Assembly (NCBI GenBank): GCA_043822705.1
Contig: JBDRBK010000124.1
Span: 1 to 13,367, forward strand
Direction of reading: 5' to 3'
DNA length: 13,367 nt
DNA from: Fidelibacterota bacterium
GTDB lineage: Bacteria > Fidelibacterota > Marinisomatia > Marinisomatales > TCS56
The notes under the pieces are model-generated. The model did no database searches, was not told the origin of the DNA, and saw nothing but the letters and a program-made list of their open reading frames with translations. A program made the translations under genes and the position numbers. Within the stretch, counting starts at the first letter, position 1; each line of letters opens with the position of its first letter. Positions 1 to 7,080 of this stretch are shown piece after piece.

Positions 1-26
1 TATAATGGACCCCAAAATTCGGACAG
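1..26 (+). repeat. Left terminal inverted repeat (IRL) of the IS
   Basis: TATAATGGACCCCAAAATTCGGACAG matches the reverse complement of 1221-1246 (TGAGGTGGACCCCAAAGTCAAGACAG) at 18/26 positions, including an 11-bp identical core TGGACCCCAAA. GTTTGCTGA is also shared further inside both ends. Confidence 0.88.
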
Positions 27-67
27 CAGTATAAGTTTGCTGAACAGGCCGAATAAAGGGAAATAAG

Positions 68-376
68 ATGGGATCAAAACGTATTCGTCGTACAAAGGAG
101 CTAAAGTTCAAGATTGCCCTTGAAGCAATTCGCGGTGAAAAGCAGGTCAGTGAAATAGCCAAAGAATACCATGTACATCCACAACAAATTGGTCAGTGGA
201 AACGCGAGTTGTTAGATAGAGGTGCGGATTTATATGCCACACAAAAAGAGCGCGACAGTAAACGCTTGGAAGCTGAAAGAGATGAGCTTTTTAAGACAAT
301 TGGACAGCAACAGGTGGTAATAGACTGGTTTAAAAAAAAGCTGGGGATCTTACACCTGCCAAGCGAGCAGCTATGA
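68..376 (+). CDS. IS3-family transposase OrfA (HTH DNA-binding)
   Basis: 102 aa. The sequence ELKFKIALEAIRGEKQVSEIAKEYHVHPQQIGQWK is a typical OrfA helix-turn-helix, followed by a coiled-coil segment. Confidence 0.93.
   Translation: MGSKRIRRTKELKFKIALEAIRGEKQVSEIAKEYHVHPQQIGQWKRELLDRGADLYATQKERDSKRLEAERDELFKTIGQQQVVIDWFKKKLGILHLPSEQL
332..340 (+). promoter_or_regulatory. Programmed -1 ribosomal frameshift site (A8G; heptamer A AAA AAG at 334-340)
   Basis: orfA reads TTT AAA AAA AAG at 329-340. The -1 frame is open from 340 into orfB (AGDLTPAKRAA-MIDR...). Confidence 0.85.
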
Positions 377-1197
377 TTGATCGCGATGGAGAACTCCCGG
401 TGGCAGAGCAATGTCGGATTCTGTTGACTCCACGGTCAAATCAATACTACCACAAGAAAGGTGAGACCGAAAAGAATTTGACTCTCATGCGGCGGATCGA
501 TGAACTCTACACCGATCACCCAACCTGGGGTAGTCGTAAGCTGCGTGATCGTCTCAGGCTTGAGGCGCAGCGTGTGAATCGTAAGCGTATCCAGCGACTG
601 CTGCGTGTTATGGGGCTTGAAGTTCTTTACCCGAAAAGGAATCTCAGTCGGCCCACTCCGGAGGCCACAATCTATCCGTATTTGCTTCGTAATCTGCTTA
701 TCAATAGACCGAACCAGGTATGGTGCACGGACATAACTTATATTCGACTGGTGCATGGATTTGTTTATCTGGTAGCAGTTTTGGACTGGTTTTCGAAGCA
801 CGTACTCACCTGGAGGTTGTCGGTAACTCTGGATAAATCTTTCTGCCTTGATGCTTTGGAAGAAGCTCTTCGCTGGTATGGTAAACCGGAAATCTTTAAC
901 ACCGATCAGGGTAGCCAGTTCACAAGCCCGAAGTTCTTAAAGCCACTGGAAGATAACGGGATTAAAATCAGTATGGATGGCAGAGGTCGGGCCTGTGACA
1001 ACATTATTGTAGAGCGCTTCTGGCGAACACTCAAGTATGATGAAGTTTATCTGAAAGATTATCATGATGTAAAAGAAGCTAAAGTTTCCATTGGGAAATG
1101 GATCAAAACCTACAACACTTTCCGCCCACATCAGGCCCTGGGGGGACTGACACCGGAATGTGTATATCAAACGGGTTGGGTTGAGAATGCAGCCTAA
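373..1197 (+). CDS. IS3-family transposase OrfB (integrase-core DDE domain); probably expressed as an OrfAB fusion from 68
   Basis: Motifs WCTDITY (D), FNTDQGSQF (D), DNIIVERFWRTLK (E) and YNTFRPHQALG are intact. ATGA overlap with the orfA stop. Confidence 0.95.
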   Translation: MIDRDGELPVAEQCRILLTPRSNQYYHKKGETEKNLTLMRRIDELYTDHPTWGSRKLRDRLRLEAQRVNRKRIQRLLRVMGLEVLYPKRNLSRPTPEATIYPYLLRNLLINRPNQVWCTDITYIRLVHGFVYLVAVLDWFSKHVLTWRLSVTLDKSFCLDALEEALRWYGKPEIFNTDQGSQFTSPKFLKPLEDNGIKISMDGRGRACDNIIVERFWRTLKYDEVYLKDYHDVKEAKVSIGKWIKTYNTFRPHQALGGLTPECVYQTGWVENAA

Positions 1198-1220
1198 TCA
1201 AACAAAAAATCAGCAAACAA

Positions 1221-1246
1221 CTGTCTTGACTTTGGGGTCCACCTCA
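1221..1246 (-). repeat. Right terminal inverted repeat (IRR) of the IS
   Basis: CTGTCTTGACTTTGGGGTCCACCTCA ends in the canonical CA-3' and is the inverted counterpart of 1-26. Confidence 0.9.
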
Positions 1247-1247
1247 T

Positions 1248-2186
1248 TTCTCCGAATGTAACTATATCTACATAATATCATATCCAAGGTTGAAGAGAAT
1301 ATCCGCACTACATTTCGCAATTCTTGGGCACGAGATAGGACATCTCTTATACAAAAAATGGAAACAAAAAACTAGTTTTGATTTTTTTGAGGAAAAAACA
1401 ATACGTAAAAAGGTTGAAGAATATATAGAAGATATTATTACAAAGGAGAAAAATGAATATCAGATTCGTGTTTTTGAAGATGAAAGAAGAGCTCATCTAA
1501 TTTCACATTTTTCTGACTCACTTAAAAGATGTTTCGAGGAGTTTTGTTGCGATATCTTTGGTATACTTATATTTGGATTTTCCTTTATCCTATCACATTA
1601 TAAATTTGGAAGTCTCTTATATCCACAAGGTAAAAACATTATAACTGTCGATGAAGGATATTACCCTTGGGATTATCGTTTAAAAATTTGTTTAGAAACT
1701 ATGTATAATTTACCGGAAATATATCAGGGGTCAGAACTACATGAAGTTAATGCATGGCTACGCTCATTAAATAATCAATATAGTAATATTGATATAAATT
1801 ACATATTTAATAATAAAATGTATGGGTACCATAAGATATTTATAGAAGAATTTGAAATATATCTACCAACTCTCATTACTGAATTACATTTAGTTACTGA
1901 TGAGTTACTTTATGAAAATATCGCAGACATAAATGATATCAACTTAGTGACAGAATATTTAAACAATAAAATTGTTCCTGCCGTTAGAATAGATGAAAAG
2001 CTTGAATCATACCCTCTTGATTTTCGGAATATTATTTCTGGAACTTGGAATCATATACTGTCAAGTTCTATTGATTTTAATAATACTGAGCTTTTATACA
2101 ATTTAATGAATCAAGCAAATCTACTTTCACTTAAAGGAATTGAATTGTCTAAAATAACTGCAAAATTTAAAAGTGGAACAGTATGA
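1248..2186 (+). pseudogene. HExxH gluzincin-like (metallopeptidase-fold) protein, probably 5'-truncated by the IS
   Basis: HEIGH (1329-1343), EEFCCD (1536-1553) and YPWDYRL. The frame is open from the IS junction (FSECNYIYIISYPRLKR...). The listed TTG at 1290 has no properly spaced RBS and lies only 13 codons before the HExxH. Confidence 0.7.
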
Positions 2187-2803
2187 CTCTTTCTGAAATA
2201 GAAATTCGTAGAAGGCTTAACCCGAATACCTCGAAATATAATATAGATAGATTAATAGTAACTCCACTACTAGATCCAAACGATCAAATATCACAAAGTG
2301 GTATTGACTTACGGCTGGGCAAACAGTTTATTTTATTTAAAACTCATATAAGTGATTCCTTAAATCCTGTTGCAATAAAAGCTGACAGACCGCAAATAAA
2401 AAAATATCAGGAAGAAATAATTATTTCATCTAAAAATAAATTTGTTCTTCATCCCGGTCAGTTCATTTTAGGTTCTACTTTCGAATATCTCGGTATTCCC
2501 GGTGATTTAGATGCGAGAATTGATGGACGAAGCTCTTGGGCACGTATGGGATTATTAATAGCTACTGCTTCTACTATTCAACCATATTTTAAAGGAGTAG
2601 TTACATTAGAATTAACTAATCATGGGTCAATACCGATTGTTCTGTACCCCGGACTAAAAATTGCCTTTATAACTTTTAAACTACTAGATACCCCAGTCAA
2701 ATATAATAATTACACCGCTGGTAAATATGTATGCTCTATTGGGCCTGGCTATACAAAAATATATGAGGATAATTATATAGAATATATTACAAACCATTTT
2801 TAG
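2183..2803 (+). CDS. dcd: dCTP deaminase (trimeric dUTPase-like fold), divergent accessory copy
   Basis: Motifs IDLRLG, FVLHPGQFILGSTFEY, GRSSWAR, TLELTN, LYPGLKIA and a C-terminal KY. ATGA overlap with the upstream gene. Confidence 0.9.
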   Translation: MTLSEIEIRRRLNPNTSKYNIDRLIVTPLLDPNDQISQSGIDLRLGKQFILFKTHISDSLNPVAIKADRPQIKKYQEEIIISSKNKFVLHPGQFILGSTFEYLGIPGDLDARIDGRSSWARMGLLIATASTIQPYFKGVVTLELTNHGSIPIVLYPGLKIAFITFKLLDTPVKYNNYTAGKYVCSIGPGYTKIYEDNYIEYITNHF

Positions 2804-2925
2804 TAAAACACATCAACAATATTAATACAAGTCTCATATCCCAACTTAACTAATATTACCTATAGTAAAATCGTCTGATATATTTTGTAGTCCTTTGATA
2901 TTTACGTGAATCCTTCGAAATTAGC

Positions 2926-2953
2926 TTGGCGACCGGAGCGGGGATACTATAAT
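2926..2953 (+). promoter_or_regulatory. Putative sigma70 promoter for the membrane protein-SLC13 operon
   Basis: TTGGCG (2926-2931), 16-nt spacer, TATAAT (2948-2953); 34 nt upstream of ATG 2988. Confidence 0.5.
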
Positions 2954-2987
2954 TTTGCCACTAACCAGCAACACGCGGATCGGAACG

Positions 2988-3794
2988 ATGAGGAAATACC
3001 AAAATATCCTGTTATGGCTGACGGCGATTGTGATCACCCTGTCATCCGCCATTTACCAGCGCCAGACCGGCCCCACCTACCCGGTCAAGGGAACGCTGGA
3101 ACTTAATGGCGCGGCCATCGAGTATTCGTTACCCCGTTCGCACAATAGCGGCAGTGACGCCGAAGTCCGGATCGCCGTACCCGACCGGCAGTCGACGGGC
3201 GCTTACCGTTATCGTCGTTTTCGCAGCAACGATGAGTGGCAGACCATAACCATGACCCGCGACGGCGACGATCTGGTGGCGCTGATTCCCAGCCAGCCCC
3301 CGGCCGGGAAAGTTCAATACGTCATCACAATTTCCAGTGACAGCACCGCTTTTCAACCGCTGACGGACCAACCGGTCACTATTCGCTATAAAGGCGCTGT
3401 GCCGGCTTTCATCCTGATCCCTCACATCCTGTTCATTTTTATCGCCATGCTGCTTTCGAACCGCTCCGGTCTCCAGGCCTTAACGCGCGAAGGCTACCTT
3501 TATCCCTATGCCCTATGGACGACGCTGCTGTTACTGGCCGGCGGCCTGTTGCTGGGGCCGGTCGTCCAGAAGTACGCTTTCGACGCCTACTGGACCGGCT
3601 GGCCGTGGGGCCACGACCTGACCGACAACAAGACCCTAGTGGCGTTTATGTTCTGGGTCGTAGCGGTCTGGAAAAACCGTCACTATCGCCGGCCGGGCTG
3701 GGTGCTGGTGGCCAGTATCGTCCTGTTGCTGGTCTATTTGATTCCCCACAGCGTTCTCGGCTCTGAGCTGGATTACGCGGCACTGGAGCAATAA
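2988..3794 (+). CDS. Uncharacterised integral membrane protein
   Basis: N-terminal hydrophobic helix, about 110-aa beta-rich soluble domain, then about 4 TM helices with a WTGWPWGHDLTDNKT loop. ATG 2988 is preferred over TTG 2955, which abuts the -10 box. Confidence 0.85.
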   Translation: MRKYQNILLWLTAIVITLSSAIYQRQTGPTYPVKGTLELNGAAIEYSLPRSHNSGSDAEVRIAVPDRQSTGAYRYRRFRSNDEWQTITMTRDGDDLVALIPSQPPAGKVQYVITISSDSTAFQPLTDQPVTIRYKGAVPAFILIPHILFIFIAMLLSNRSGLQALTREGYLYPYALWTTLLLLAGGLLLGPVVQKYAFDAYWTGWPWGHDLTDNKTLVAFMFWVVAVWKNRHYRRPGWVLVASIVLLLVYLIPHSVLGSELDYAALEQ

Positions 3795-3807
3795 GCGGTC
3801 GGCGGCA

Positions 3808-5613
3808 ATGACCATCGAAATTGTAATCGTTCTGGCAATCATCTTCCTGACCGTGGTGCTTTTCGCCACGGAAATTTTGCCGATCGAAATCACCGCCCTG
3901 ACAACTCTGGGGCTGCTGCTGCTGACCGGAATAATCGAACCGGCGGCGGCCTTTTCCGGTTTTTCGAATTCCGCCGTTATCACGATCGCCCTGCTGTTTA
4001 CCCTGAGCTACGCCCTGCAGAAAACCGGTATCCTGGAATATTTCGTGATCCAGTTGAACAAGCTGGCACGCCGCTCAACCTCGCTGGGACTGCTGGTCTT
4101 TTTACTGTCGATCGCCCTGCTGTCGGCGGTCGTCAACAATACGGCCGTGGTCGCGATCTTCATGCCGATCGCCATCCGCCTGGCGCAGAAATATTCGATC
4201 AGTCCCTCAAAAATCCTGATACCTTTGAGCTACGCCGCCATCATGGGCGGCACCCTGACCCTGATCGGCACCTCCACCAACCTGCTGGTCAATTCAATGA
4301 TGATCGCCAGTTCCGGCGAATCAGCTCTGGGAATGTTTGAATTCTCGCGCTACGGTATCATCATTCTGCTGCTCGGCATGACCTACCTAATGCTCGTGGG
4401 TTACCGGTTGCTGCCGTCCCGAACCGTCTCCGGCAGTTTGACACAGAACTATCACCTGGGCAGCTACCTGACCGAGGTCAAGATCACCGAGGATTCCAAC
4501 CTGCTCGGTAAAACCTGCCTCGACCGCGGAATCAGTCAGAATTACGATGTGGTCGTGCTGGACATCATGCGAAAAGGCAACCTGCTGTCGACCAATATCC
4601 GCAATACCAGCCTGGAAGACGGTGACATCCTGTTCGTGCGTGGCGCCGTCGATAATCTGCTGCGCCTGAAGAAAATGGAAAAAGTCACCCTGTTAACCGA
4701 CGAAAAACTGACGCAGACCGAGCTGACGCAGCGTGATAATGTGCTGGTGGAGTGCCTGATGACCGACCAGTCCGATCTGGTCGGCCGCAGTGTGATGGAA
4801 ACTAATTTTCGGCGTCATTTCGGCGCCTTCGTACTGGCGATCCGTCGCGAGGGCACGATCCTGCGCAGCAAGATTGCCCATATAGTCCTCAAAGCTTATG
4901 ACACGCTGCTGGTTTACGGTCCCCGGGAAAAAATCCAGGCCCTGGCATCCACCGGTGGTTTTATCGTCCTGCAGGAGATCGAGGCCAAACTCAAGCGGCA
5001 CCGCTTCTGGTGGCTCAGCATTTTAGTGCTGCTGGCGGCGGTAATCGTGGCGGCGCTGGGAATATCGCCGATCATCAAGAATGCCCTGCTGGCGGTGATC
5101 GTACTGCTGGTGGCCCGGGTGATCACCCCCAACGAGGTCTACCATTCGATCCACTGGCCGGTAATCGTTTTGATCGCTTCCCTGATTCCTCTGGGCATCG
5201 CCATCCAGACCAGCGGCACCGCCGATTGGATCGGTGGCAATATTTCCCGACTGGTGATCAATGTCCCGGAAGCGGCGCGGGGCTATCTTTTACTGGGTGT
5301 GCTGTACCTGCTGACCGCCTTGCTGACGGAAGTGTCTTCCAACGCGGCGGCGGCGATCATCATGGTGCCGATCGCCATCAATGCCGCCACCCAGATCGGC
5401 CTGCTGCCGCGGCCGTTCATCCTAGCGATCTGTTTCGCCGCTTCCGCCTCCTTCATGACGCCGGTCGGTTATCAGACCAACCTGATGGTCTACGGACCGG
5501 GCGGTTATAAATTCCGGGATTACCTCAAAGTCGGCATGCCGCTAGCCCTGATTCTGTTGATTTCAGCGACGATCCTGATCCCGATCCTGTGGCCGTTTTC
5601 ACCGCTCGGCTAA
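3808..5613 (+). CDS. SLC13/DASS-family (ion transporter superfamily) permease with two TrkA-C domains
   Basis: 601 aa. Motifs LSAVVNNTAVV, MGGTLTLIGTSTNLL, TEVSSNAAAA and FMTPVGYQTNLMVYGPGGYKFRDY. Two central soluble RCK-C-like repeats (SNLLGKT...LEDGDIL; SDLVGRS...LKAYDTLLV). Confidence 0.92.
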   Translation: MTIEIVIVLAIIFLTVVLFATEILPIEITALTTLGLLLLTGIIEPAAAFSGFSNSAVITIALLFTLSYALQKTGILEYFVIQLNKLARRSTSLGLLVFLLSIALLSAVVNNTAVVAIFMPIAIRLAQKYSISPSKILIPLSYAAIMGGTLTLIGTSTNLLVNSMMIASSGESALGMFEFSRYGIIILLLGMTYLMLVGYRLLPSRTVSGSLTQNYHLGSYLTEVKITEDSNLLGKTCLDRGISQNYDVVVLDIMRKGNLLSTNIRNTSLEDGDILFVRGAVDNLLRLKKMEKVTLLTDEKLTQTELTQRDNVLVECLMTDQSDLVGRSVMETNFRRHFGAFVLAIRREGTILRSKIAHIVLKAYDTLLVYGPREKIQALASTGGFIVLQEIEAKLKRHRFWWLSILVLLAAVIVAALGISPIIKNALLAVIVLLVARVITPNEVYHSIHWPVIVLIASLIPLGIAIQTSGTADWIGGNISRLVINVPEAARGYLLLGVLYLLTALLTEVSSNAAAAIIMVPIAINAATQIGLLPRPFILAICFAASASFMTPVGYQTNLMVYGPGGYKFRDYLKVGMPLALILLISATILIPILWPFSPLG

Positions 5614-7080
5614 TCAGCGCTTAATTATTTCGATGCTGCCATTGGCGGCGGAACAGTCTATTCTACCTTCTCCGGTCCCTAAAACACCAGCAAATGATGC
5701 ATTGGAAAAATGTTCGTGCAGGTTGCCCTGAATATCGCCCACTTCAATTGAACCGAAGGAAGTTTCCAGATTTAGCCGGGCCGATAAGTTCGCGGGGACT
5801 TGTAGCCTGATCAGCCCGAACGATGATTCGATCCGAATGTCCGGGGTCATCAAGGCCAATTCCTCCGCTACTACGCTACCGTTGATCGCGATACAGTTCA
5901 ATAATGGTTTGACATCATAAAGCCGGATGTCGCCAAAACTACTTTCGGCCAGAATACTCCCGCCTATTGAACGCAGGTCGCAGGTGCCGTTATGGGCGTT
6001 GGCGGTCAGGTCGAGCTTGATATTGCTGGCTTCGATATCGCCGAATTCGGTGCGCACATTAGCAGCACCCTCAACCTCACCGATGACCACATCGCCATTG
6101 GCATTGGTGATTTTAACATCCTGCCCGACATACCCAAGTCGAATAGTCCCGAACGTATTGGCAATGTCTGCCGATCCTTTGATCCGCAGCACCTCTATGT
6201 CGGCATTCTGGCTGGTAATCGTGAGCTTGCCGCCGATATCGTGGGCGGTAATATCACCGAATGAACTCCCTATTCTGGTTACTCCGGATACACCGATAAC
6301 ATCAACATCGCCATTCTGGGTTTCACTGATCAAATCGCCTTTGATATCGGTAATACTAGACCGGCCAAACGAATTTTTCAGCCGGGTAGCGCCGGCAATT
6401 CTAATTTCCACATCACCGTTGCGCGAATCAACATTCAGGGCGCCATTGATATTAAAGATTTCGATGGTTCCAAAACGGCTGACTAATTCACAGTTCTCAG
6501 TGACATGCTGAATTTTAATATCACTATTGGTACAATCGACATTAAGGCGCCCGGAAATTTCACTGGCCGCCAATTTACCAAACCGGTTTTTCAAATTGGT
6601 CGATTGCGCCCGGTTGACGGAAATATCGCCGTTACTGTTGTTGACGGTTACTTTGCCGCCGGGATGCTGCAGGCTAACGTCACCAAACGTATTGCTGACA
6701 TCCAATTCCGCCCCCTCGGGCAGGTAAATCACCAAATTGATCTGGTAGGAAATATTCCTGAACGACATATCACGGGGCGTATGAGTGACAATTTCTACCT
6801 GATTACCGGTCTTTTCCATTTCGATTGTGATTTCATTAAGGACATCCATCACCCGCTCTTTATCGCGGGCACGAACCGTGATCGTACCGGTCATTTTAAC
6901 CAGCTCTTCGGCCGTACCGGTAACGGTGACATCGCCCATTACATTTTCGACCACCACCTTGCCGGCGGCGGTCAGGTCCAATTGATCGGACTCAACACGC
7001 CGCTCTTCATAGGCAAAATATTCGGCCTGCAGTAAAGTCAGCAGGATAACGGGAATGAGGGTTAAGCGCAAGTACTTCAT
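5614..7080 (-). CDS. Secreted DUF4097-like beta-strand-repeat protein
   Basis: Signal peptide MKYLRLTLIPVILLTLLQA, followed by many 17-18-aa repeats with xxFG/xxNG turns. ATGA overlap with the upstream gene. Confidence 0.85.
   Translation of the reverse strand: MKYLRLTLIPVILLTLLQAEYFAYEERRVESDQLDLTAAGKVVVENVMGDVTVTGTAEELVKMTGTITVRARDKERVMDVLNEITIEMEKTGNQVEIVTHTPRDMSFRNISYQINLVIYLPEGAELDVSNTFGDVSLQHPGGKVTVNNSNGDISVNRAQSTNLKNRFGKLAASEISGRLNVDCTNSDIKIQHVTENCELVSRFGTIEIFNINGALNVDSRNGDVEIRIAGATRLKNSFGRSSITDIKGDLISETQNGDVDVIGVSGVTRIGSSFGDITAHDIGGKLTITSQNADIEVLRIKGSADIANTFGTIRLGYVGQDVKITNANGDVVIGEVEGAANVRTEFGDIEASNIKLDLTANAHNGTCDLRSIGGSILAESSFGDIRLYDVKPLLNCIAINGSVVAEELALMTPDIRIESSFGLIRLQVPANLSARLNLETSFGSIEVGDIQGNLHEHFSNASFAGVLGTGEGRIDCSAANGSIEIIKR

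Larger units (their letters stand above)
1..1246 (+). mobile_element. IS3-family insertion sequence, apparently complete (1246 bp)
   Basis: Two consecutive ORFs (HTH orfA, DDE orfB in -1 phase) bounded by imperfect inverted repeats at 1-26 and 1221-1246. The right end finishes in CA. The size is typical of the IS3 family. Confidence 0.95.
1247..2900. other. Low-GC horizontally acquired segment (right end approximate)
   Basis: A/T-rich sequence and A/T-ending codons (e.g. line 1741-1800 has 14/60 G+C). It switches to GC-rich codon usage after about 2925-3000. Confidence 0.85.

Noticed and set aside
193..1170. Minus-strand ORFs inside the IS
   Set aside because: They overlap clear transposase ORFs and have no independent coding signal.
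1226..1256. Hybrid promoter from the outward-facing IS -35 (TTGACT) driving the truncated gene and dcd
   Set aside because: The hexamers 16-18 nt downstream (TTCTCC, TCTCCG, CTCCGA) do not resemble a -10. CATAAT at 1271 is too far away.
1290..1292. TTG as the native start of the HExxH protein
   Set aside because: No properly spaced RBS, and the frame is open back to the IS junction, so it is more likely an internal Leu codon.
2183..2803. Assignment to the known AvcD/DCD-type anti-phage dCTP deaminase
   Set aside because: It has no HAE...PCxxC zinc motif and no P-loop kinase domain; this is the trimeric dUTPase-like fold.
5927..7035. Plus-strand ORFs 5927-6511, 5992-6264, 6505-7035
   Set aside because: Antisense to the DUF4097-like gene; their periodicity only mirrors its repeats.
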